DNA of 64,000 bases from Thermomicrobiales bacterium (GCA_023954495.1 JAMLIA010000002.1:10742-74741), one strand, 5' to 3'; shown: positions 46,563 to 56,229, counted from the first letter of the stretch. Translations and numbers: made by a program. Notes: generated by a model not told the origin, from the sequence alone.

Positions 46563-47585
46563 ATGACAGGAACTGCGACCATCGTTGTCGAAGACTTGCA
46601 GCGCACGTTTACGGTACGCAAGCGCAATACCGACTCGGGTGCGCTGCGTCGCGTTCTCACACGCAGCACCAAGGTCGTGCAGGCAGTTGCTGATATCTCG
46701 TTTGCGATTCCGCGTGGCGACATCGTCGGTTATGTCGGCCCGAACGGGGCTGGCAAGAGCACGACGATCAAGATGCTGACTGGCATCCTCGTGCCGACGA
46801 GCGGCTCGGTGCGCGTGCTTGACCTGGTTCCGTGGCAGCAGCGCCGCCAATTGGCGTCACACATCGGCGTCGTGTTCGGCCAGCGTACGCAACTGTGGTG
46901 GGACCTGCCGCTGATCGAGTCGCTGGAACTCCTGCGGCACGTCTACCGAGTCCCGGCCCAGCGCTTCGCCGAGAATCTGGCTCGGTTTCGCGCGATCCTC
47001 GAGCTTGATCCGTTCCTCGATACGCCAGTTCGGCAGCTCAGCCTCGGGCAACGGATGCGTGGCGACTTGGCGGCTGCGCTTTTGCACGATCCCGAGATTC
47101 TCTATCTCGACGAGCCGACGATCGGATTGGACGTCGTCGCCAAGGCGCGCATCCGCGAGTTCCTGCAACTGGTCAACCGGGATCGCGGCGTGACGGTGCT
47201 GCTGACAACGCACGATATGTCAGATATTGCCCACCTCTGTCGCCGGATGATGATCATTGACCACGGACGATTGATTTACGACGGCAGCGTCAGCGAGATT
47301 CGCGATCGTTTCGGCACCGCTCGAACGCTCGTAATTGACCTTGAATATGCGCCGGACGAACCGATCAGCCTGGATCACGCCTGTGAAGTACGCGCAGACG
47401 GACCACGTCGCTGGATACAGTTTCGCCGCGACGAGGCAACTGCTGCCGAACTCATCGCCGAGATTTCGCGCCGCCACCCAGTGCGCGACCTGACCATTGA
47501 GGAGCCAGAGATCGAAGGCATCGTCCGTCAGATTTATGAAGACGGATTTGAATCGCTGACACCTGCATCACGCCGGAGCTGGTGA
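46563..47585 (+). CDS. ABC transporter ATP-binding protein
   Basis: Walker A is GPNGAGKSTT, the signature is LSLGQRMR and Walker B is ILYLDEPTIGLD. Confidence 0.93.
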   Translation: MTGTATIVVEDLQRTFTVRKRNTDSGALRRVLTRSTKVVQAVADISFAIPRGDIVGYVGPNGAGKSTTIKMLTGILVPTSGSVRVLDLVPWQQRRQLASHIGVVFGQRTQLWWDLPLIESLELLRHVYRVPAQRFAENLARFRAILELDPFLDTPVRQLSLGQRMRGDLAAALLHDPEILYLDEPTIGLDVVAKARIREFLQLVNRDRGVTVLLTTHDMSDIAHLCRRMMIIDHGRLIYDGSVSEIRDRFGTARTLVIDLEYAPDEPISLDHACEVRADGPRRWIQFRRDEATAAELIAEISRRHPVRDLTIEEPEIEGIVRQIYEDGFESLTPASRRSW

Positions 47586-48313
47586 ACGGTGACGATCGTC
47601 CCGGCATCTTCCGGGTCGAGCCACGGGCCGTCGTGCGTCGTCGACTGATCTACCCAGCTGCGCTCCAGCAGGAGTGCGAGAAACCGCTTGGCTGCAGCAC
47701 GTCCCGGCTCAGCTAGCCAGAGCAGTCCGTCTGCTGCCACGAGCGTGTCGAGCAGCGACAGCAACGGCTCGACGTCGCGCGATTCGTAGAGCACATCTGC
47801 GGCGAGCACGACCGGAAACGGCGCGAGTCCGCCAAGCGCGCTGCCCGGTTCGCGCCAGTTGCATTGAATCGCGACCGGCTGGCGTCCAGCATTCCGGCGC
47901 GTGTTCTCACTGCACAGGGTTAACGCGTCATCGGCGTAGTCGGCGACGGTCAGGTCGGCCCCTGTTGCCAACGCCGCAATCGCCGTGATGCCGATTCCGG
48001 AGCCGATCTCGAACACGCGAGACCCCGCCAGCACGCCCGGCTCCGCAACAATCTCAGCGGCCAGCGCGACGCCGCTGGGCCACACCTCAGCCCAGTACGG
48101 CAGATTCTGCTCCGGATCGTTCTGGACAGCGTCAAGGAGTCGGTCCATGTCATCCGGCTTCCAGATCGTGTAGGCGACTCCACTCCCCGGCAGTGAGACA
48201 TCAACCTCCTGCAGCGCGACCCGGTTGCTGAGTTCAGCCCAGTCTCGTGCGCTCGGTGTCGCTTCGTGTGGTTCGGACGGGTCGACCTGTGCGTTGCTAG
48301 TTGTGATGCTCAT
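47534..48313 (-). CDS. Class I SAM-dependent methyltransferase (Methyltransf_16-like)
   Basis: The SAM motif I region is VFEIGSGIGITAIAALATGADLTVADY. The 3' end overlaps the convergent ABC ATPase gene by 52 nt. Confidence 0.8.
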   Translation of the reverse strand: MSITTSNAQVDPSEPHEATPSARDWAELSNRVALQEVDVSLPGSGVAYTIWKPDDMDRLLDAVQNDPEQNLPYWAEVWPSGVALAAEIVAEPGVLAGSRVFEIGSGIGITAIAALATGADLTVADYADDALTLCSENTRRNAGRQPVAIQCNWREPGSALGGLAPFPVVLAADVLYESRDVEPLLSLLDTLVAADGLLWLAEPGRAAAKRFLALLLERSWVDQSTTHDGPWLDPEDAGTIVTVHQLRRDAGVSDSNPSS

Positions 48314-48346
48314 GGCGATTCCAGCCTGACCATTTCTGCTGCCGCA

Positions 48347-49153
48347 TCATGCAAACAGCGCGAAAAGCGACTGCCCAAATCCGTTGAAAAGCGTTTGCCA
48401 GATCAGAAGTGCGGCGAGGACGACCGTGACGGCCAGCACGAGCCAGTCGACAGAGCGCATCTGGATATCGCGCAAGACTGTCCGTGTGCGGCTCGCTCCA
48501 AAGCCGCGCGACTCCAGCGTCATCGCCAGTTGCTCGCTGGTGCGCAGCGCGCTGACAAGCGCCGCAACAAGGATCGGTAGCATCTGTCGCGCCCGCCGCA
48601 TCCACCAGCCTTCGAGCACGAGCCCACGAGCTTGCTGCGCATCGGTGATCGTCGCCCAGGTACCTGCGTAGGTCGGGATGAACCGCAACGCAATCGTCAG
48701 CGCCATGCCCCAGCGGAACGGCAACCCCAGCCGAACGAAGCCACGAACGAGGTCGCGCGCGTCGGTCGTTCCGATCCACAGCACAAACAAGAAGTTAATG
48801 ACAGCTATCCGCAGCGCGTTGGCAACGCCACGAAGTAGCCCGTGGTCGGTGATGTCGATCGGGCCGAGCGTCAGGATGACATCGCCGGTGTGATCGAACA
48901 GTGGCCAGACGAGGACGATCAAGACGAGCAGCAGCGAGATCGCCCGCCAGGCCGTCGCCAGACGCTCCCAGGGATAGCCAGATGCCAGCAGGACAACATG
49001 TACTAGTATCAGCGCCAGCACGAGAAGCGGGAGATTGATCCAGAAGAACGTGACAACGCCGGAGAGCAACGCGACGAAGAGCTTGACGCGCGGATCCATG
49101 CGATGGAGCCACGATGTGCCGGGAACGTAGAACTCAAGCGCAGAGGCGGTCAT
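48347..49153 (-). CDS. ecfT: ECF transporter transmembrane (T) component
   Basis: CbiQ/EcfT profile with PRVKLFVALLSGVVTF and the conserved Arg-rich coupling helices (ALRFIP, AQQARG). Its start overlaps the ecfA2 stop. Confidence 0.88.
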   Translation of the reverse strand: MTASALEFYVPGTSWLHRMDPRVKLFVALLSGVVTFFWINLPLLVLALILVHVVLLASGYPWERLATAWRAISLLLVLIVLVWPLFDHTGDVILTLGPIDITDHGLLRGVANALRIAVINFLFVLWIGTTDARDLVRGFVRLGLPFRWGMALTIALRFIPTYAGTWATITDAQQARGLVLEGWWMRRARQMLPILVAALVSALRTSEQLAMTLESRGFGASRTRTVLRDIQMRSVDWLVLAVTVVLAALLIWQTLFNGFGQSLFALFA

Positions 49154-49995
49154 CGTTCCCTCGCCAGCAGATCGGCAACAGCCGCAACAACACCGTCGCT
49201 CGTCGTGACTCCACGCGGCACGCCGTACGGCTCAAGTGACTGTGCGATGCGCGCGGCCTCCGGCGCGGCCAGGCTGGCGGCGGTCATCAGATCTTGATCT
49301 GCAAACAGGCTGCTCGGCGGTCCGTCGGCGACGATCCGCCCTTGACTGAGCACAACCAGGCGCTGCGCGTATTCAGCGACCAGACGCATCTCGTGCGTAA
49401 TGAGGATGACTGATCGTCCTTCGGCTGTGAGCGACTGGAGCATCGTCATCAACGCAGTCGTCAGACGCAGGTCCAGCCCGCCAGTTGGCTCGTCCAGCAC
49501 GATCGCTCCCGGATCCATCGCCATCACAGCCGCCAAGGCAGTGAGCCGACGAAGTCCGCGCCCGAGCGACGCCGGATGTCGCCCGGCAACGTCAGCCAGC
49601 CCAAATCGCGTAAGCGTGTCGTCGACGCGATCGTTGAGTGCTGCTCCAGTTAGCCCGAGGCGACTCGGCCCCCACTCAACCTCCTTGCGAACAGAGGGGA
49701 GAAACAGCTGGTGATCGGGATTCTGAAAGACGTAACCGATGCGCGCTGCCAATCGACCGACCGACTCGGTGCGTGTATCCGTTCCGTCGACGGTCACGCT
49801 CCCGGCATCCGGCTTCAGCAAGCCGTTCAGGTGCCGCGCCAGCGTTGACTTGCCCGAGCCGTTGCGGCCGGCGATCGCCACCAGTTTCCCCGGATCAATC
49901 CGCAGCGACACATCATTGAGCGCCAGATGGTCGGGCTGGCCGGCGACGGAGTATGCGAACGAGACGTGTTCGACCTTGATCCGGGCGTCGCTCAC
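49150..49995 (-). CDS. ecfA2: ECF transporter ATPase component A2
   Basis: Walker A is GRNGSGKST, the signature-like region is LGRGLRRL and Walker B is IVLDEPTGGLD. Confidence 0.9.
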   Translation of the reverse strand: MSDARIKVEHVSFAYSVAGQPDHLALNDVSLRIDPGKLVAIAGRNGSGKSTLARHLNGLLKPDAGSVTVDGTDTRTESVGRLAARIGYVFQNPDHQLFLPSVRKEVEWGPSRLGLTGAALNDRVDDTLTRFGLADVAGRHPASLGRGLRRLTALAAVMAMDPGAIVLDEPTGGLDLRLTTALMTMLQSLTAEGRSVILITHEMRLVAEYAQRLVVLSQGRIVADGPPSSLFADQDLMTAASLAAPEAARIAQSLEPYGVPRGVTTSDGVVAAVADLLARER

Positions 49996-50903
49996 GATCG
50001 CGTCGCCGATGTCAACAGCGACGACAACGAGCGGACTGCCGCGTCGCTCTCGATGAACTCAAGTGGCTCGCCTGCTGCAGATCGAAGCCCGGCCGCGATG
50101 CTCGCCGCAGCCGGCACGTCTATGCCGCGTTCGATCAGCGGCTCCGGATTTCGATACAGGCTGGCGGGGTCCGTGACGGTGACGATGGCAGCGCTGTCCA
50201 GCACGGCTATGCGGTCGGCGAGGCGTGCGAGCACCTCCGGGTCGCGTTCGACCAGGATGACGGTGACGTGCGCGTCGCGCTGTCGCAGATCTGCAATGAC
50301 CTTCGTGATCTCCCGTCGGCCGGCTGGATCCAGCTCGGCGGTCGGTTCATCGAGAACGATGATGTCCGGTCGCATCGTGAGTACTCCCGCGATTCCGACG
50401 CGCTGCTTCTGGCCCCCCGACAGCTGCTGGACCGAGCGGAATCGGGCGTCAGCCATGTCGACGACATCCAGCGCCCAGGTGATCCGTTGCTCGATTTCTT
50501 CTGGCGCAACGCCGAGATTCTCCGGACCGAATGCAAGCTCATCCTCAACAGTCAGCCCGAGCAGGTTCGCCTCCGGGTCCTGAAACACGACGCCGACGCG
50601 TGTCGAGAGTTGCGGGATGGGCACGCGCTTCGTGTTCCACTCACCGATCCAGACATCGCCACGAATCGTGCCCCCAGTCTGTTGTGGCACGATGCCATTC
50701 AGAGCCAGGCACAGAGAGGTCTTGCCGCTGCCGGTCGTGCCGGTCACACCAAGCAGCTCCCCTTCGCGCACCTCCAGCGAGACACCTTCGAGCGCCCAGG
50801 CAGCCTCGTCGTCGGCGCTGTCATCGAACGCCGGATAGCGATAGTGCAGGTTGTCGATTCGGACGGCAATCGTTTCGGGCACCCGTACTCGTCTCCTCGG
50901 CAT
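49992..50903 (-). CDS. ecfA1: ECF transporter ATPase component A1
   Basis: Walker A is GTTGSGKTS, the signature is LSGGQKQRV and Walker B is IIVLDEPTAELD. Confidence 0.9.
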   Translation of the reverse strand: MPRRRVRVPETIAVRIDNLHYRYPAFDDSADDEAAWALEGVSLEVREGELLGVTGTTGSGKTSLCLALNGIVPQQTGGTIRGDVWIGEWNTKRVPIPQLSTRVGVVFQDPEANLLGLTVEDELAFGPENLGVAPEEIEQRITWALDVVDMADARFRSVQQLSGGQKQRVGIAGVLTMRPDIIVLDEPTAELDPAGRREITKVIADLRQRDAHVTVILVERDPEVLARLADRIAVLDSAAIVTVTDPASLYRNPEPLIERGIDVPAAASIAAGLRSAAGEPLEFIESDAAVRSLSSLLTSATRS

Positions 50904-50952
50904 CGCTCCGTTGCGAGAATCATAGCCGCCAGCGCCGGACCTCGCTGCGCAG

Positions 50953-50979
50953 GTGGCGAGATGAAAACCCTCCCCGCAA
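50953..50979 (-). terminator. Intrinsic terminator/attenuator between the ECF S-component gene and ecfA1
   Basis: The minus strand reads CCCTTCCC-AATTGC-GGGGAGGG followed by TTTTC, 47 nt after the S-component stop. Confidence 0.6.
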
Positions 50980-51025
50980 TTGGGAAGGGCTTTCGATCGT
51001 GCAACCTGGGTTGAGTCGCGAAAAA

Positions 51026-51736
51026 CTACTCCTCGACCCAGCTCGGCCCGGCACCCCAGCGGCGAACCGGCGGGTAGGCCTGGCGGATCGCGATGATGAG
51101 CGGGACCGCGACGATCGCTGCGATCAGCACCTGGAAGGTGTTCGGCCAGACAGCGGCGGCTGCCGTAGCAAAAGCCGACTTGCCCTCATCTGCCTGGAAC
51201 GAGTTGAACGATCCGGCTGAGATCAGGATCCACTGATACAGGAAGTAGCCGACGACGACGATTGCGCCGCCAACGATCACTGCCAGGATTGTGCGTGCCA
51301 GTCCGCCGCGCCAGGCGATCAGACCGGCGACGAGCGCCTGCAACCCGTGGATGATGAACGTGCCGGGTGCCCACGCGCCGAAGCCGCTCGACAGATCGGC
51401 CAATGCCGTGCCGGTCCCGCCTGCGACCGCGCCGACGATCGGGCCGAAGAGGAACGCTGCTACATACAGCGCAATGTCACCGAAGTGGATGTAGCCGCCC
51501 GGGCCAATCGTGATCTGGACAACGCGGGTCATGACGAAGACGACCGCGATCATGACTGCCGCCGCAGCAATCAGCCGGACATCAACGCCCCCGATGTCGC
51601 TGACACTGACGTTCTTCGGCGCGTCCTTCTTGGAGCCGCTGGACTTGTCGATGCTCACCGTTCCCACCCCCTGAATCCGACGACCGGAGATTGCATGCGC
51701 ATCGACCGTCGCATGCTCATCTTTCGGCCGAGACAC
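51026..51736 (-). CDS. ECF transporter substrate-specific (S) component, substrate unknown
   Basis: The core reads IHFGDIALYVAAFLFGPIVGAVAGGTGTALADLSSGFGAWAPGTFIIHGLQALVAGLI, typical of the ECF S-component family. It has a ~55-aa hydrophilic N-terminal extension, and the start is uncertain (GTG at 51736 or internal GTGs). Confidence 0.75.
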   Translation of the reverse strand: MSRPKDEHATVDAHAISGRRIQGVGTVSIDKSSGSKKDAPKNVSVSDIGGVDVRLIAAAAVMIAVVFVMTRVVQITIGPGGYIHFGDIALYVAAFLFGPIVGAVAGGTGTALADLSSGFGAWAPGTFIIHGLQALVAGLIAWRGGLARTILAVIVGGAIVVVGYFLYQWILISAGSFNSFQADEGKSAFATAAAAVWPNTFQVLIAAIVAVPLIIAIRQAYPPVRRWGAGPSWVEE

Positions 51737-51820
51737 TCCGATGTCTCTATGCTGCTATCGTCGGCTCCAGCCATAAACATCCAATTGGAGCCATCCAACT
51801 GCTGCAATGGGGGTATGGCA

Positions 51821-51844
51821 ACGGCGCGGACGAATCCGCGCCGT
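51821..51844 (-). terminator. Hairpin after csbD
   Basis: ACGGCGCGGA-CGAA-TCCGCGCCGT forms a perfect 10-bp stem, 35 nt after the csbD stop. It has no U-tract. Confidence 0.5.
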
Positions 51845-51878
51845 CAGGGTTGCTCGGAGATCTATATCGGGTTGCGGA

Positions 51879-52100
51879 CTAGTTGTCCTTGTCGCGCTTG
51901 AACACGTCTTCGACGGCGTCCTTGGCGTCTTCGACAGCGTCCTTCACCTTGCCAAGGAACTGCTTGCCTTCGCCCTTGGCTTCGTCCAGCTTGCCCTCGT
52001 CACGCAGCTCTTCGTTGTCGGTGAGATCACCGGCAGCCTGCTTGGCCTTGCCTTTGAGCTCGTCGAACTTGCCTGATACTTTGTCGTTCGTTCCTGACAT
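51879..52100 (-). CDS. CsbD-family general stress protein
   Basis: MSGTNDKVSGKFDELKGKAKQAAGDLTDNEELRDEGKLDEAKGEGKQ is the CsbD signature. Confidence 0.88.
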   Translation of the reverse strand: MSGTNDKVSGKFDELKGKAKQAAGDLTDNEELRDEGKLDEAKGEGKQFLGKVKDAVEDAKDAVEDVFKRDKDN

Positions 52101-52224
52101 GAGATAACCCTCCCTGAACACGTACTCGGATAACGCCGCTGTCGGTAACGCAAGCGGAATGCCACACGCGCTTGCCAGCGGATGTACGTTTCGAAATGGA
52201 TGGACTCACTCGGAAGGACGGATC

Positions 52225-52704
52225 GTGAAGCGCAGTGCGTCAACACCTGCAATCGCGGAGCTACAGCGTGCCGACGTGTCGTTCACAGTCTCTGAATATG
52301 ACGTTGAGCGTACCGAGTCCGACTGGGGAGCGCAGGCGGCACGCACGCTGAACATCGATCCGGCGCGAGTGTTCAAGACGCTCGTCGTCGAGCTGGACGG
52401 ACGGCGGCTGGCGGTTGTTGTTGTTCCGGCGGACGCGCGCTTTCGCGCCAGGTCAGTGGCAGCGGTCTTCGGTGCGCGCGAAGCTCAGCTCGCAAATCAG
52501 AAGGATGCCGAGCGAGCGACCGGCTACGTGATCGGCGGGATCAGCCCGCTTGGACAACGACGCAAGCTGCAGATAGCCATCGACGAATCGGCGTTGGAAT
52601 TCACGACGATTTGTATCAGCGCTGGTCGGCGCGGCTTGGAGATCGAGCTGGCTCCGAACGACCTGGTCACGCTCACTGGCGCGCAGGTCGGCCCACTTAC
52701 CTGA
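52225..52704 (+). CDS. ybaK: Cys-tRNA(Pro)/Cys-tRNA(Cys) deacylase YbaK
   Basis: Contains TPAIAELQRADVSFTVSEYD, VFKTLVVELDG, ATGYVIGGISPLGQRR and ISAGRRGLEIEL. The GTG at 52225 follows a GGAAGGA SD. Confidence 0.88.
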   Translation: MKRSASTPAIAELQRADVSFTVSEYDVERTESDWGAQAARTLNIDPARVFKTLVVELDGRRLAVVVVPADARFRARSVAAVFGAREAQLANQKDAERATGYVIGGISPLGQRRKLQIAIDESALEFTTICISAGRRGLEIELAPNDLVTLTGAQVGPLT

Positions 52705-53064
52705 CAGCAACATGGGCAAAAGGGAAAGGCCCCGACAAGCCGCTGCTTCTCGACGCGTGCCTACCGTCACTTCCGTGCCGCGCGGCGAACCGCTCGGTGG
52801 TCGGTATCGATAGTCGGTTGGCGGCAGACCACTTTCCAGACGTCATGATCTCTGCGGTAGGTCTCGTCACAGGGCTTGCGTCCGTGTCGCGACTCCGACT
52901 GGAGATCTCAGGCCCATCAGCCATACATCCGAAGAAGAGTGGCGTCCGGTGCGTCGATCCACGAGAACTCATCGGGACCGTACATACACGATAGCAGCAC
53001 CGTGACAGGATGTCAATACCCAGTTTCATCGAATTTCGAAATTGCTTTGGGTTAGGTTCGTGAT

Positions 53065-53985
53065 CTAGCGGAGCACGACCACCAGGAGGACGATGACAGC
53101 GATAACAAGCGCGATGGCGGCGAGCGTGCCGATGATCTTCGTGCGCGACTTTGGCCGCTTGCCGACAATTTCGCCGGTGTGTCCATTCAGCAGCACCCGA
53201 TAGTCTGCACCGTTGTAGCGATAGCCGAAGATCCAGACCGGGAGATAGCAGAGCGAGGCGGAACGTTCGGAGATGCGGGTGTCGACCCGCGTGACGCGCT
53301 CAACCTCGTTCGCGCAGGCATCACGCTCGAGTTGCGTGATTTTCGGTTCACCTGCTGCCCAGGCACCGTCGAGATCGAGGCCCGGCTCCTCGGCGGAATA
53401 TCCGGCAATCGCATCGGTCGAGAATGTCAGCATCCCCTCTTCGGGGAATGGCATGAGCTGGTCACCCTCGGCTTGTGTCAGGCCAGATGAACCCGAGATC
53501 CAGACGCGATGCCGCCCATCATGTGTGCCGCTACGCCGATGCCACGTCTTGTACTCTTCGTCTTCCATGCGTGTGCCGGATTTGCCGGCACTGTCGGTGA
53601 ATGAGCGTGCAACCTGACGAGTGTGCGTTTGTGAAACCTCGCCTTCCCACTCCGACGTCGCGTGCGCGTCCAGCCGCCAGAACGGCACATAGGTGCCCTG
53701 CCCGCGATCCAGCGCTGAACGCGACTGCAAATCACCCGGCGCAAAGAACGACGATCCGAGCCAATCGCGAATGGCATCGACCGCGCCGGATTTCTCAATA
53801 GCAAAGGGAAGGACGAGGCGCGATACTGATGCAGACGATGGCGTCCCGGCAGCCGTGGCGCGGACTGCGACCTCGGTGCCGCAAAATGGACAACGCAGCA
53901 TCTGCGTTCGCGGATCGAACGTGGTGGTCGCTCCGCAGTTTGAGCAGGTATACGTCTTAAGTGTCGGTGTGGAGTTTGCGGTCAT
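53065..53985 (-). CDS. Zinc-ribbon protein with a C-terminal membrane anchor, function unknown
   Basis: The N-terminus TYTCSNCGATTTFDPRTQMLRCPFCGTEV forms a CxxC...CxxC ribbon. A ~230-aa soluble domain follows, then the C-terminal TM segment IIGTLAAIALVIAVIVLLVVVL. The 491-aa ORF-track entry is an upstream extension. Confidence 0.75.
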   Translation of the reverse strand: MTANSTPTLKTYTCSNCGATTTFDPRTQMLRCPFCGTEVAVRATAAGTPSSASVSRLVLPFAIEKSGAVDAIRDWLGSSFFAPGDLQSRSALDRGQGTYVPFWRLDAHATSEWEGEVSQTHTRQVARSFTDSAGKSGTRMEDEEYKTWHRRSGTHDGRHRVWISGSSGLTQAEGDQLMPFPEEGMLTFSTDAIAGYSAEEPGLDLDGAWAAGEPKITQLERDACANEVERVTRVDTRISERSASLCYLPVWIFGYRYNGADYRVLLNGHTGEIVGKRPKSRTKIIGTLAAIALVIAVIVLLVVVLR

Positions 53986-54157
53986 TCTCGGCCCTGCAAA
54001 AGCGCAAATGACAAACCGTATCGTGTCTGCCGTAGCGGCGAGTGTACGGCCATAATGAACCTGGCGCAATTGCTGCTCCTTGTTGACCAACCAGCGCCGA
54101 CTGAACACAATCGTCCTGCTGACGCTCCAGGTGCACAGTGCTATAGAGGGGATTCCG

Positions 54158-56115
54158 ATGGCGCTCCCAACTGCCGAGTTCTCGAACCTGCCAATTGCGT
54201 GGCAACCAGATGAAGCGCGTCTGTCGCGCAGTCGTGCGCTGGCGTTCGCACGGGCGCACGGCGTGGCTGGCTGGGAAGGGATGGCGGCCAGGGCTGCTGC
54301 CGATCCAGCCTGGTTCTGGGGCGCTGTCGTGGAAGAGCTGGGCATCGTCTGGCGCAAGCCGTACGAGCAGGTGCTGGATCTTCGCGATGGACCCGCTGGC
54401 CGCACTGGTTCACGGGGGCCATGAACTATGTGGTGTCGGCGGTTGACCGCCATTGTGCGGCACGCGGCAGTGAGACGGCGCTCATCTGGGAAGGCGACGA
54501 TGGCGCGACCCGCTCGCTGACATTCGATGATCTGGCCCAACAGGTAAACCGTACTGCCAATGGTCTGCGGTCGATCGGCATTGGCAAGGGCGATCGCGTC
54601 GGCATCTATCTGCCGATGATCGTTGAGGCCGCAGTCGTGACGCTGGCTTGCAGTCGGATCGGCGCGGTCTATGTGCCGATGTTCTCAGGGTATGGCGCGG
54701 ATGCCGTGGCGACGCGATTGAGCGACGCCGAGGCGCAGGTGCTCATTACCGCCGATGGGTTTTACCGGCGCGGCTCGGTGGTGCGAATGAAGGAGACGGC
54801 GGACGCAGCGCTGGCCGAAGCACCGTTGGTGAAGCAGGTTGTTGTCGTCCGGCGTACTGGTCACGACGTGCCGTGGACGGATGGGCGCGACATCTGGTGG
54901 GATGATGTGCTCGATTCGCAGGCAGACACCTGCGACCCGGAAGATACAGCCGCGGACGATCCCTACATGATCATCTACACCTCCGGCACGACCGGCAAAC
55001 CGAAGGGTGCTGTTCACGTGCATTCCGGTTTCCCGATCAAGGCAGCGCAGGATCTCGCCTTCTGCTTCGATGTGCACGAGGGCGACCGGCTGTTCTGGGT
55101 GACCGATCTGGGCTGGATGATGGGGCCGTGGGCGGTTGCCGGCGGACTGATCGCCGGGGCGTCGGTCGTTCTCTACGAGGGTACGCCCGACTATCCCGAG
55201 CCGGATCGTCTCTGGCAGGTCGTTGAGCGCCACGAGGCGACCATTCTCGGCATCTCTCCAACACTCATTCGGGCGCTGATGGGACGCGGCGACGAGTGGG
55301 TCACGCGTCACGAGCTGCCGACGTTGAGTACGCTGGGATCGACCGGCGAGCCGTGGAATCCGGGACCATGGCTCTGGACGTTCAACAACGTTGGCAAGGG
55401 GCGCTGCCCAATTGTGAACTATTCCGGCGGGACGGAGATCAGCGGCGGCATCGTTTCCTCAACGACGATCCATCCGCAGAAGCCCTGCTCGTTCAACGGT
55501 GCTGTCCCGGGAGTCCCTGCCGATGTCGTTGACGAAGAAGGGCGCTCGGTGCGCAACGCCGTCGGCGAGCTCATCATTCGCGGCCCGTGGGTCGGCATGA
55601 CCAACGGTTTCTGGCGCGATGATGAACGGTATGAAGCGACATACTGGTCGAAGATGCCCGGCGCGTGGGTCCACGGCGATTGGGCAATGGTCGACGACGA
55701 CGGCTTCTGGTACATCCTCGGCCGCTCGGACGACACCCTCAACATCGCCGGGAAGCGCATTGGGCCAGCTGAGCTCGAATCGGCGGCTGTCGCGCATCCT
55801 CTGGTGCAAGAGGCCGCCGCCATCGGCGTGCCTCACGAGATCAAGGGCGAAGCGATTGTCGTGTTTGTCATCCTTACACCGGGCGCTGAGGAGTCTGATA
55901 GCCTGCGGGCTGAGATCAGAGCAACAGTTGCGGAGCATGTTGGCAAGCCGCTGCAACCTGATCGCGTGCTCTTTGTGGACGACCTGCCAAAGACGCGCAA
56001 TGCCAAGATCATGCGGCGCGTCATTCGCGGTCGCTATCTGGAGTTGGAAGACCTCGGCGACCTGTCGTCGCTAGAGAACGTGGCCGCTGTCGATGGCATC
56101 GGCAGCGCCCGCTAG
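54158..56115 (+). pseudogene. AMP-forming acyl-CoA synthetase (acetyl-CoA synthetase family) split by a frameshift near 54392-54400
   Basis: Frame 1 (from ATG 54158, AGAGGGG SD) encodes the N-terminal domain up to ...FWGAVVEELGIVWRKPYEQVLDLRDGP. The conserved continuation (A)WPHWFTGAMNYVVSAVDRH... is in the next frame and runs to 56115, with YTSGTTGKPKG and the C-terminal LPKTRNAKIMRR. The alternative is a truncated 564-aa product starting at ATG 54421. Confidence 0.75.
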
Positions 56116-56229
56116 CCACGGGGGTTGCGCCACCGGCGCGGGCCGGTGAATATTCAGTGTGCGGGAGATTGGGAAGGGCGCGACGCCTGCACAGGCAGGT
56201 TCGCGAACGCTGCGAAAGGCGAGAAGCAG

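Noticed and set aside
47534-47585. A 52-nt convergent overlap of the ABC ATPase and methyltransferase genes, considered as a possible regulatory antisense arrangement.
   Set aside because: Such 3'-3' overlaps are common in compact high-GC genomes. Either C-terminus may be a few codons shorter functionally, and nothing else supports a special role.
52860-52900. A minus-strand GGACGCAAGCCC reminiscent of the c-di-GMP-I (GEMM) core.
   Set aside because: The partner hairpin with GNRA loop and the ACGCACAGGGCAAACC block are absent, and no downstream gene lies on that strand.
52955-52975. A minus-strand CCGATGAG resembling the hammerhead CUGAUGA core.
   Set aside because: It is not an exact core match, there is no GAAA box, and no three-helix junction can be drawn.
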